34,909 bases of DNA from a virus (Duplodnaviria; Caudoviricetes), in the IMG/VR virus record IMGVR_UViG_3300021962_000334, positions 1 through 34,909 of that record; one strand, 5' to 3'. Under the pieces are notes generated by a model. That model was not told the origin of the DNA and did no database searches. It was given only the letters and a program-made list of their open reading frames with translations. Shown here in pieces: positions 7,294 to 14,897 of this stretch. How positions within the stretch are numbered: the first letter of the stretch is position 1; each line of letters opens with the position of its first letter. Made by a program: the position numbers and the translations under genes.

Positions 7294-8766
7294 TCAGTAC
7301 CCCATCTCGGGGTCGAACACCCCGAAGTTGATCACCGGCAGAGCGCGGTTCGGCTTGATCCGCGCCTCGGCCTCCTCGTGCGTCTTGGCGTGCCGGCGCA
7401 TCATCAGCGCGTAGCGCGTGGCCGCCAGCAGGTCGTCGCCGTCCTTGACGATCAGCCCGTCCTTGCGGTGGTACAGCCGGAACTCCTCGAACCAGTCGGC
7501 CAGGTGCGCGAACACCCGCAGCCGCATCGTCTGGAACCTGGTGAGCATCTCGGCGATGCCGGCCTCCACGCCGTTGCTGCCGTCCTCGAACGTCGCCCGG
7601 TTGCGCAGCATCGCCAGGCCCTGCTTGCGGTACTGGTCTGCCAGCTGTTCACCGGAGCCCTTATCTCGCTGCAACCCGTCATGCGGCCAGGCGACTGGGA
7701 CCCAGTCGCCGCGCGCCTTGATGGCGGCGGCGTGGATCGCGATCGAGGCGTCGCGCACCCGGTAGCAGTCGGTCACGTAGACGGTGTCGGTGTCCCGGTC
7801 CCACGCGAGCCACACGCCCGCGGTGGGGTGGTCGATGCCGAAATCCAGGCCCACGATCCGCGGCCAGTGCGGCGGCACCGGGAAGGCCTGCACCTTGATC
7901 GCCTCCTCGGCCACCGGGAACACCCGGCCGGAGCCGAGGATCGGGATGCCCTTCGCCCTGGCTTCGCGCTCGTGCTCCGGGTAGCTGGCCACGATCGCGG
8001 CGCGCTGCTCCGGGGTGTAGTGCTCCGCATCGTCGATCGTCATCGTCGTGACGTGCGAGCCCGCCGGCTTGTCGAGCAGGTAGCGCTTGACCACCTCGCT
8101 CATGCCGAGCAGCGGCGTGAACGTCACCCACACCAGGCCGCCCGTCGCGTTCGTCCGGGTGAGGCCCTCGCTGTAGATCGGCAGCGGCGGCTCTTCGTCG
8201 AACCACACCAGGTCGACGGTGTCGGCCTGCCACTTCGTGCGGCCCTGGTCGTAGGACAGGAACTGCACCACGCTGTCCTCGCCGCTGACGTGGCGCACCA
8301 CCGCGGAGCTGATTGCGTCCGGCACGCCCTGCTTCATCGACGTGTCGCGCAGGCACTCGTGCGGGATGGTGCCGGTGCCCCACTCCTCGCGCAGCTCGGG
8401 CGGGCCGATCAGCAGCCGCTGGATGCCCTTGCGGGTCAGCTCGGCGGACTCCGAGCCGCACATGGCCCGCACCGGGTACGGGAACCTGCGGCCCTTCCAC
8501 CAGTCCGGGTAGCGGCCGGTCAGGTGCATGGCCATCTCGTAGGCACCGGCCCAGGTCTTGCCGAGCTGGTTCCCGGCCATGAACAGCCGCTCGCGGTACT
8601 CGGCGCCGGCCGCGTGGAAGTCGGCCTGCCTGGTGTAGGGCGCGTAGGCGGCCAGGCGGTTGCGCCGGGCCCGCACGTCCTTGAGCCTGAGCAGCTCGTA
8701 CAGCTCGCGCTTCTCGTCGTCGCTGAGCGCCGCCAGCACCGCGGGCGTAAGCGTGGACAGGTCCAT
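7294..8766 (-). CDS. terL: Terminase large subunit, P22 gp2-like (490 aa)
   Basis: Walker A MAGNQLGKT, HLTGRYP, Walker B VWFDEEPP, EGLTRTN, TFTPLLGMS and RNase H-like GLDFG, all closely matching P22-type terminases. Confidence 0.95.
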   Translation of the reverse strand: MDLSTLTPAVLAALSDDEKRELYELLRLKDVRARRNRLAAYAPYTRQADFHAAGAEYRERLFMAGNQLGKTWAGAYEMAMHLTGRYPDWWKGRRFPYPVRAMCGSESAELTRKGIQRLLIGPPELREEWGTGTIPHECLRDTSMKQGVPDAISSAVVRHVSGEDSVVQFLSYDQGRTKWQADTVDLVWFDEEPPLPIYSEGLTRTNATGGLVWVTFTPLLGMSEVVKRYLLDKPAGSHVTTMTIDDAEHYTPEQRAAIVASYPEHEREARAKGIPILGSGRVFPVAEEAIKVQAFPVPPHWPRIVGLDFGIDHPTAGVWLAWDRDTDTVYVTDCYRVRDASIAIHAAAIKARGDWVPVAWPHDGLQRDKGSGEQLADQYRKQGLAMLRNRATFEDGSNGVEAGIAEMLTRFQTMRLRVFAHLADWFEEFRLYHRKDGLIVKDGDDLLAATRYALMMRRHAKTHEEAEARIKPNRALPVINFGVFDPEMGY

Positions 8767-9239
8767 CAGCCCTTGGCCGCCTTGGCGAGCAGCGCGGCCA
8801 GCCTGGTGTCGAGCTGCTCGGAGCTCAGCTCCATGCGGCCGTCCAGCTTGACCTCCACCGCCTTCAGCTTCGGTTGGGTGTACTGCAGGATCTCGCTGAG
8901 CATCCGCACCCGCACGTCGGCGTCGATGTCGTAGGCCTTCGCAGGCTGGCCGGTCTGCGGGTCGATCACGGGGTTGCCGTTGTCGTCCAGCAGCGGGCGC
9001 CCCTTGAGCACCCGCGTGAACTCCACCGCGGGGTCGAGGCCCTCCTCGATGAGCGCCTCGCTGACCGCGCGCAGGTTCATGCGCAGGCCGGCGCCAGGCT
9101 TGTTCGCGGCCGAGGTCTGCACGGCGTGCGTGCGCCCGGTGCGAGGGCCCGCGGCCTGCAGGTCCTCGGCGGTGGCCAGCTTTGGCGGCGCGCCAGCCAG
9201 CTCAGCCAGGCGCTGCGCCTTGCTGCTGGTTCGCGCCAC
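8766..9239 (-). CDS. Probable terminase small subunit (about 157 aa)
   Basis: Immediately upstream of TerL with a TGATG overlap. C-terminal YTQPKLKAVEV..LSSEQLDTRL is typical of TerS-like proteins. Start reassigned to GTG 9239. Confidence 0.7.
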   Translation of the reverse strand: MARTSSKAQRLAELAGAPPKLATAEDLQAAGPRTGRTHAVQTSAANKPGAGLRMNLRAVSEALIEEGLDPAVEFTRVLKGRPLLDDNGNPVIDPQTGQPAKAYDIDADVRVRMLSEILQYTQPKLKAVEVKLDGRMELSSEQLDTRLAALLAKAAKG

Positions 9240-9241
9240 GA

Positions 9242-9448
9242 TCAGATCTTCCCGGGGATGATCCCGCCTTGGAAGCCGGGGACGTTCTGCTTCATGCCGC
9301 CCTTGTAGGCCGGCTGCGTCGCGTTCGTGCCGGGCAGCGGGACGCTGACCTTCGAGGGGATCGTGCCAGCGCCCTGAGTCTGGTTGCCGCCGACCTTGCC
9401 TGCCGCGACGCTGACGTTGCGGCTCTTCGGGTTGCCGTAGTCCTGCAT
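9242..9448 (-). CDS. Hypothetical Gly/Pro/Lys-rich protein (68 aa)
   Basis: AGGAG SD. Ends 2 nt before the TerS start. Confidence 0.75.
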   Translation of the reverse strand: MQDYGNPKSRNVSVAAGKVGGNQTQGAGTIPSKVSVPLPGTNATQPAYKGGMKQNVPGFQGGIIPGKI

Positions 9449-9577
9449 GGTGATGCTCCTGGTGGTGCGCTTGCGCGCGTGAAAACGTACCCCGGTGCCT
9501 GATCAAGGCACCGCGGCGGAAGTCGTAGATCGTTGTCTGGCGCGGCTTTCGAGCTGGTCAGCTCGCCGCGTGTGCGT

Positions 9578-9814
9578 TCACATGCTCATCGGCGGCCGTT
9601 TCGCGGCCTCTTCGTTCCACATCTGCCGCCGATACTCGCTGAGACCGGCCGCGCCGTTCGCGCGAAAGGCAGCGAACTCAGCGCCGTCGAGCACGTCCAG
9701 GTCGAGACCCAAGCGGCGGGCCTCTTCCTGGCGCGGTCCGTCCAGCTTGGCCATGAGTGGATGCTCTTGCGGCTGCGGCTGCGGCTTCGGTGCAGGCGCC
9801 GGCTTGCGTGGCAT
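9578..9814 (-). CDS. Hypothetical protein (78 aa) with C-terminal MWNEEAAKR motif
   Basis: ORF track. TAATG overlap with the upstream gene. Confidence 0.75.
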   Translation of the reverse strand: MPRKPAPAPKPQPQPQEHPLMAKLDGPRQEEARRLGLDLDVLDGAEFAAFRANGAAGLSEYRRQMWNEEAAKRPPMSM

Positions 9815-10020
9815 TACATCGCCCCCTGCGTCGTCTCGCGCTTGGCGGCCTCTTCATCCCACATTGCGGCCATCTCTTCCTCGCCTTCGGGCTGCTCGCT
9901 TGGGAGCATGTCGCTCAGGTACTCGAAGCACTCTTGCGCGCTCTCGCACATGTACGGCTCGCGGCCCTCGGCCTCGACGGTGATCTGCCCGTCTTCGGAC
10001 ACGGTGATGACTATCTGCAT
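9814..10020 (-). CDS. First late-operon gene: acidic protein (68 aa) with C-terminal MWDEEAAKR motif
   Basis: ATG 10020 with an AGGAG SD at 10030-10034. Translation MQIVITVSEDGQITVEAEG...MAAMWDEEAAKRETTQGAM. Confidence 0.75.
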   Translation of the reverse strand: MQIVITVSEDGQITVEAEGREPYMCESAQECFEYLSDMLPSEQPEGEEEMAAMWDEEAAKRETTQGAM

Positions 10021-10035
10021 GAGCGCGGGCTCCTG

Positions 10036-10067
10036 AAAAACGAAACGCCGCGGGGCTGCCGCGGCGT
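10036..10067 (-). terminator. Late-leader intrinsic terminator (tR'-like)
   Basis: Minus strand ACGCCGCGG-CAGCC-CCGCGGCGT followed by TTCGTTTTT. Lies between the predicted late promoter and the first late RBS. Confidence 0.7.
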
Positions 10068-10108
10068 CGAGGAAAGTAGGCAAAACGCGGGCGCACTCGC
10101 CCGCGCCA

Positions 10109-10137
10109 AGTTTGCCGGAAGGCGATTCGGCCGTCAA
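10109..10137 (-). promoter_or_regulatory. Predicted sigma70 late promoter (pR'-like)
   Basis: Minus strand TTGACG-N17-CAAACT, pointing into the late operon. Confidence 0.6.
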
Positions 10138-10254
10138 CTGCAAGCACCACGCCCTCTGAAAACCGCCAGAAGTTAGCTTTCAGCTATCAATCAAGACCTG
10201 CTGATAGAACTGTACAAGAAGAAAGCTGTTGCGTTAGCGCAACTACACAAAAGG

Positions 10255-10299
10255 TTAGGGTTTTCCCTAATGTACAACACCGATGTTGTACGCAACTAT
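10255..10299 (+). promoter_or_regulatory. Operator/promoter module, copy 1
   Basis: Palindrome TTAGGG-TTTT-CCCTAA (10255-10270) next to inverted repeat GTACAACA-CCGA-TGTTGTAC (10272-10291). Possible weak TGTACA-N17-AACTAT promoter. Confidence 0.6.
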
Positions 10300-10345
10300 G
10301 CGTACACCGAGCCGGCCGGATGCCGGCAGCAACAGGAGCAACGAC

Positions 10346-10447
10346 ATGCCGAAACTGACCCACACCCAAACCTTCATCGTCGGCCACCTGCTGATGCTGG
10401 CCTTCGGCGTCCTGCTGGGCGCTGTCGCCATCGCGCTCGGCGCGTGA
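10346..10447 (+). CDS. Small single-pass membrane peptide (33 aa)
   Basis: Read by hand. AGGAG SD, MPKLTHTQTFIVGHLLMLAFGVLLGAVAIALGA. Confidence 0.7.
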   Translation: MPKLTHTQTFIVGHLLMLAFGVLLGAVAIALGA

Positions 10448-10459
10448 GGAGACGACGCC

Positions 10460-10840
10460 ATGAACAAGACCTTCCCGAACGGCAGCCTCTACAACTCGCT
10501 CGCCGACGTCAAAGCCGCCTGCAGCGGCGCGCACCAGGATGCGCTGACCTGGGCCAAGCGTGAGATCGGTCGCGGCACGTACATCAGCCGCGGTCGCAGC
10601 TTCGTCTCCCTGCGCGACGGCGACCTCGTCGGCGGCGAGGCCGAGTGCTGGAGCTGGGACGGCACGCTGAAAGGCTTGGTCGCCGCGATCGACGAGGCTA
10701 GGTTCAGCGACCGCGCCGACACGCTGGTGATCCAGGGTGGCATCAACTACGCCGACACCCCGCGCGACTACGCCGACGGCGCCTATGACCCCTGGGTCGG
10801 CGAGTGGGCCGTGACGGTCTGGCGCCGCCCGGAAGCCTGA
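10460..10840 (+). CDS. Hypothetical protein (126 aa)
   Basis: GAGGAG SD and phage-typical GC3 codon pattern. Confidence 0.8.
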   Translation: MNKTFPNGSLYNSLADVKAACSGAHQDALTWAKREIGRGTYISRGRSFVSLRDGDLVGGEAECWSWDGTLKGLVAAIDEARFSDRADTLVIQGGINYADTPRDYADGAYDPWVGEWAVTVWRRPEA

Positions 10841-10841
10841 C

Positions 10842-10887
10842 TTAGGGTTTCCCCTAGTATACAACGGGGGTGTTGCACCCCCATGAT
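10842..10887 (+). promoter_or_regulatory. Operator/promoter module, copy 2
   Basis: TTAGGGTTTCCCCTAG followed by TATACAAC-GGGGG-TGTTGCAC, colinear with 10255-10291. Possible TATACA-N18-CATGAT promoter. Confidence 0.6.
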
Positions 10888-10936
10888 TCACCTACCGAGC
10901 CGGCGGTTTCCGGTGTTCTCAAAAACGGAGCTTCAC

Positions 10937-11914
10937 ATGTCACACGAACTCACCCAACGCGCCGACGGCACCGTCGAATTCGCCTACCTGAAGTCCGACG
11001 GCCTGCCCTGGCACGGCCTCGGCCAACCGATGGAAGACGGCGCCTCGATCGACCAGTGGCGCGTCGCCGCTGGCATGGATTGGAACATCGGCCGCAGCCG
11101 CGTTCGCTACGGCAACGAAACCAACTTCCGCACGATCGAGGACCAGCACGTCCTGTATCGCAGCGACGACAAGTCCCCGCTCGGCATCGTGTCAAACAAG
11201 TACCAAGTCGTGCAGCCGGCCCAGGTCATCGAGTTCTTCCGCGACGTCGCCCGCGCCGGCGGCCTGGAGCTCAGCGCCGCGGGCACGATCCAGGGCGGCA
11301 AACGGTTCTGGGCCACCGCGAAGATCGGTGAAGCCGCGCCGACGTCGATCAACGACAAGATCGGCGGCTACCTGCTGCTGTCGACCAGCGCCGACGGCTC
11401 GCTCGCCACTGAGGCCCGGCTGACGTCGATCCGCGTCGTCTGCAAGAACACGCTGCAGTTCGCCCGGGCCGACGCCAAGCCGGCCCTGAAGGTCTCGCAC
11501 CGCTCGGTGTTCGACGCCCGGGCGGTCAAGGAATCGATGGGCCTCAACGAAGCCGCCTGGGCTGCGTTCCGCCACAATCTGGTCCGCCTCGCGGACGTCC
11601 AGCTGCACGAGACCGAAGCCGCGGACATCGTCGCCGGCCTGTTCGCCACCGGCACCGGCGAGCTGCAGCGCGACAAGGCCCGCGAGACCGCCGGGTTCGC
11701 GAAGGTGATGTCGCTGTTCAACGGCGCCGGCATGGGCTCGCAGCTCGACGGCGTGTTCGGCACCGCCAACGGCGTGCTGCAGGCCGTGACTGAATACGCC
11801 GACCACCACGTCCGCGCTCGCAGCGACGAGAACCGCTTCATCGCCTCGCAGTGGGGCGGCGGTGCGGCCCTCAAGCAGCGCGCTTGGGACCAGCTGATCG
11901 CCCTGGCTGCCTGA
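10937..11914 (+). CDS. DUF932/DUF945 (phage/plasmid LGT_TIGR03299-like) protein (325 aa)
   Basis: Motifs PWHGLG, AGMDW, LGIVSNKYQVVQP, YLLLSTSADGS, IRVVCKNTL and AVTEYADH. ATG 10937 with GGAG SD. Confidence 0.88.
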   Translation: MSHELTQRADGTVEFAYLKSDGLPWHGLGQPMEDGASIDQWRVAAGMDWNIGRSRVRYGNETNFRTIEDQHVLYRSDDKSPLGIVSNKYQVVQPAQVIEFFRDVARAGGLELSAAGTIQGGKRFWATAKIGEAAPTSINDKIGGYLLLSTSADGSLATEARLTSIRVVCKNTLQFARADAKPALKVSHRSVFDARAVKESMGLNEAAWAAFRHNLVRLADVQLHETEAADIVAGLFATGTGELQRDKARETAGFAKVMSLFNGAGMGSQLDGVFGTANGVLQAVTEYADHHVRARSDENRFIASQWGGGAALKQRAWDQLIALAA

Positions 11915-12011
11915 GCTCAGCGGTGAGGGGCCTGGCCCGTCCGGGCCCCTACCAGTGCGCTCAGCACGAACCGACCCGGCCGGATGCCGGACCTGACCTG
12001 GAGACCTGACC

Positions 12012-12236
12012 ATGAACACCAAAGACACCCCCCGCCGGGGCACCAAAGACCGCGCGATCCACGACCTGCGCGAGCAATTCCAGCTGGCCGCGCGTCAGCG
12101 CGACATCGCGGAGGCGAACTGCCGCGAACTGGTGGCGGCCCTGCAGGAGATGCTCAAGTACGCAGAAGGCTTCGAGGACGCCGACCACGTCATCGACGCT
12201 CGCGAAGCCATCGCCCGCGCCACCGGGGAGGCCTGA
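12012..12236 (+). CDS. Hypothetical protein (74 aa), ends ELVAALQEML..AREAIARATG
   Basis: GGAG SD and ORF track. Confidence 0.75.
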   Translation: MNTKDTPRRGTKDRAIHDLREQFQLAARQRDIAEANCRELVAALQEMLKYAEGFEDADHVIDAREAIARATGEA

Positions 12237-12238
12237 CC

Positions 12239-12532
12239 ATGCCCTACATCAGCCCCGCCCTGGCCGCGGTCACGCCGGCCCAGATCCGCCAGTCCTACCG
12301 CCGCCGCGCCGCTGAAGCTCGGCAGCACGTCGCGCCCCGTATCCCTGGAGTCGCCCGCGCCGGCTTCCCGCGCTACTACGAGAACGTGCGGGCCGACCGC
12401 ACGACCGCGGCTGCGGAGCTCGCCGAGCTCATGGCCCTACCGTCTGGCACCGAACGCACCAGAGCCTACGTCCGGCTCTACGACCGGATCAACCACCTGG
12501 TGCATGCCACCCCGGCTTTCCCGGAGGCCTGA
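12239..12532 (+). CDS. Hypothetical protein (97 aa)
   Basis: ATG 12239 after GGAGG. MPYISPALAAVTPAQIRQSY...; this is the 3' part of track ORF 11984..12532. Confidence 0.7.
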   Translation: MPYISPALAAVTPAQIRQSYRRRAAEARQHVAPRIPGVARAGFPRYYENVRADRTTAAAELAELMALPSGTERTRAYVRLYDRINHLVHATPAFPEA

Positions 12533-12534
12533 CC

Positions 12535-12684
12535 ATGCAGCCCGCCCCTGCCCGCAGCTACACCGACCCCGCCACCGGCCGCCGGAAGCCCGACGCGCCG
12601 GCTGGCTGGCCCTTCGGCACGGTGCCCGCGCCGCGCCCCTCGAAGTACCATGCCGCGACCAAACTTGGTCCGGCGTTGTTCTAG
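12535..12684 (+). CDS. Hypothetical Pro-rich protein (49 aa)
   Basis: Read by hand. GGAGG SD, MQPAPARSYTDPATGRRKPDAPAGWPFGTVPAPRPSKYHAATKLGPALF. Confidence 0.65.
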   Translation: MQPAPARSYTDPATGRRKPDAPAGWPFGTVPAPRPSKYHAATKLGPALF

Positions 12685-12693
12685 GAGACCCCC

Positions 12694-12789
12694 ATGAGCT
12701 GGCTCGACTACCTGATCGCCTACTTCACGATGGCCTGCGGCTGCGCCGCGCTGCTCCTGATCTACGTCTACCGCACGGGCGGCTGGTGA
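12694..12789 (+). CDS. Small single-pass membrane peptide (31 aa)
   Basis: Read by hand. AGGAG SD, MSWLDYLIAYFTMACGCAALLLIYVYRTGGW, with a TGATG overlap into the next gene. Confidence 0.65.
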   Translation: MSWLDYLIAYFTMACGCAALLLIYVYRTGGW

Positions 12790-13142
12790 TGCACCAAGTC
12801 CCGCTCGAAACTTTCCTCGCGCTCGGCTGGTCGGAGTCCATGCGACACCGGCTGGCCGACGCTGCTGCCGACCCGGCCGTTGCCTGCTTGGTGGCGGTCG
12901 AAACGGACGGTCGGCGCACGGTGCAGCGCTTCGAGGCCGTCCCGGCTACTCTGCCCGCCGACACGGTGGCCTTTTGGGCCCGCCCAGAACGCGCCAAGCG
13001 CTCTCGAACGGCCGAGGCGGTGCTCCTGGTACTCCGGGACGGGCTGACGCCCTACGCGGCCGCCAAACAGGCCGGGGTCAAGTCCCAGGCCGTCTACCGC
13101 GCCCTCAAAGCTCGCCGATCTCGCGCGCCAGCCGGCGCATGA
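12789..13142 (+). CDS. Protein with C-terminal helix-turn-helix (117 aa), putative regulator
   Basis: C-terminal GLTPYAAAKQAGVKSQAVYRALK is a classic HTH. Start is coupled by TGATG. Confidence 0.7.
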   Translation: MHQVPLETFLALGWSESMRHRLADAAADPAVACLVAVETDGRRTVQRFEAVPATLPADTVAFWARPERAKRSRTAEAVLLVLRDGLTPYAAAKQAGVKSQAVYRALKARRSRAPAGA

Positions 13143-13569
13143 TCGCGCCGGCGATCTCCCGCTCCAGCCGGGCGATCGTCTCCATCACTTCCTTCTCTCG
13201 CTCGCCTGCCAGCGGCGCCCGCCCGGTGCCCTGGCAGTGCAGGCAGATCGTGTCGCTCAGCATCGGCGTGCCGGCGACCGTCTCGTAGCCCCTCCCCTCG
13301 CACGGCCTGCACACGTCGTCGATCAGATGCGCCAGAACCCTGGCCACCACCTCGGGGTCGTGCCCGCGGCCGATCAGCCCCCACGCGACTCGCGGCAGCT
13401 CGCGCTGATCGCCGCCGTAGCGCCAGCGCCAGATGCTCAGGCCCAGCGGGTTCTTCTGCCCGGCCCAACCGCACGCCCGGACGATGTCGACGTCGCCGAT
13501 CTCCTCCAGGCCGACCTCGCCCAGGTCGTCCGTGTGCTGCGCCGTCCCGATCCGCTCCCGTGACGTCAT
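13105..13569 (-). CDS. Q-like late antiterminator with CxxCxGxG zinc finger (154 aa)
   Basis: CRPCEGRG..CLHCQGTG pair like the zinc finger of lambda Q-family proteins. Last gene of the replication operon, oriented toward the late promoter. ATG 13569 overlaps the helicase stop. Confidence 0.7.
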   Translation of the reverse strand: MTSRERIGTAQHTDDLGEVGLEEIGDVDIVRACGWAGQKNPLGLSIWRWRYGGDQRELPRVAWGLIGRGHDPEVVARVLAHLIDDVCRPCEGRGYETVAGTPMLSDTICLHCQGTGRAPLAGEREKEVMETIARLEREIAGAIMRRLAREIGEL

Positions 13570-14897
13570 GCCCATGCCCTTTCCCTTGCGTCCATGACCG
13601 CGTCCAGCAGCGCCTGCTGCAGGTCCCCCTTGGCCGCCAGCACGGCCATGATCCGTTCGTCGATCGTCCCCTGCGCCACCAGGTGGTGGACCACCACGCC
13701 CGAGGTCTGCCCGGGGCGGTGCAGGCGGGCGTTGGCCTGCTCGTACAGGTCTAGGCTGAACGGCAGCCCGAACCAAACCGCCACGCTGCCGCCCAACTGC
13801 AACCCGTCGACCCCGTGCCCGCCGCTCGCCGGGTGCATGACCAGCAACGGCACCTTGCCGGCCTGCCAGTCCCGCAGCGCCGGCTCGCCGTCGAACTGCC
13901 GCGCCTCTGGGAAGCGCGCCTTGATCCTGGCCAGGTCATGCCGGTACGTGATCAGGCACAGCACCGGCTCGCCTTGGTCGACAATCTCGCCCAGCGCGTC
14001 CAGCTTCGCGTCATGGACCAGCTCGACCGCCCCGGTGTCGTCGTACACCGCGCCGTTGGCCAGCTGCGCCAACTTGCCGGCCAGCACCGCCGCGTTGACC
14101 GCGGTCACGTTGCCGGACACCAGGTTGCGCTCTAGGTCGCGGTAGCGGTCCATGTCGAAGCTCACCGGCACGACGTTGTCGATCCGCTCCGGCAGCTGCA
14201 GCTCGCCCTCGACCGTGAACATCACGTCTTGGACCGCCGCGTGGATCTCCTGCGCGGCGCCCGCCTTCAGGCGCCAGCTGTACACGATCAGGCCGTTCCT
14301 CTTGTCCGGCTCGAACCAGCGGTCCCGATACTTGGTGATGCCGGTGCCCAGCCGTTGCCCGCGGTCCAGGATGCTGATCTGTGGCCAGAGCTCCAGCAGG
14401 CTGTTCGGCGCCGGAGTGCCGCTCAGGATGTAGAGACGTTGTATATACGGTCGCGCCTTCTTCAGCGCCTTCCAGCTTTGGCTGGCGCGGTCCTTGAAGC
14501 CGCGGTTCTCGTCGATCACCACGCAGTCGAATGGCCACGTCGCGCCCGGGTATTGCTCAGTCAGCCAAACGAAGTTCTCGCGGTTGATCACGTACACGTC
14601 GGCCGACTCGCTCAAAGCCGCCTGCCGCTCCCTCGCCGAGCCCAAGACCCTGACGACTCGCAGCTCGGCGAGGTGGTCCCATTTCAGGACCTCCTGCGCC
14701 CAGACCAGCTCGGCCACCCGCTTCGGCGCCACGACCAGGGTCTTGCGCACCTCGAACCGATCGTGCATCCACTGCTCGATCGCGGTCAGCACGATCGCGG
14801 TCTTGCCCGCCCCCATCCGCAGCGCCAGCAGCTGGTAGTCGTTGTCTAGCAGCCGCTCCAGCGCGCGGGCCTGGTACGGTCTAGGCGAATAGAGCAT
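13566..14897 (-). CDS. SNF2-family (SF2) helicase (443 aa)
   Basis: PRPYQ, Walker A MGAGKT, LVVAPKRV, VIDE, LSGTPAPN, HPASGGHGVDGLQ and QANARLHRPGQ. Confidence 0.92.
   Translation of the reverse strand: MLYSPRPYQARALERLLDNDYQLLALRMGAGKTAIVLTAIEQWMHDRFEVRKTLVVAPKRVAELVWAQEVLKWDHLAELRVVRVLGSARERQAALSESADVYVINRENFVWLTEQYPGATWPFDCVVIDENRGFKDRASQSWKALKKARPYIQRLYILSGTPAPNSLLELWPQISILDRGQRLGTGITKYRDRWFEPDKRNGLIVYSWRLKAGAAQEIHAAVQDVMFTVEGELQLPERIDNVVPVSFDMDRYRDLERNLVSGNVTAVNAAVLAGKLAQLANGAVYDDTGAVELVHDAKLDALGEIVDQGEPVLCLITYRHDLARIKARFPEARQFDGEPALRDWQAGKVPLLVMHPASGGHGVDGLQLGGSVAVWFGLPFSLDLYEQANARLHRPGQTSGVVVHHLVAQGTIDERIMAVLAAKGDLQQALLDAVMDARERAWA

Noticed and set aside
9240-9506. N-terminal extension of TerS (track ORF 8766..9506)
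   Set aside because: It overlaps the 68-aa gene, which has its own SD, and reads as off-frame Arg/His/Gln-rich sequence.
9541-9570. Possible hammerhead ribozyme (CTGA...GAAA on the minus strand)
   Set aside because: The core reads CUGACCA rather than CUGANGA, and there is no stem II between it and GAAA.
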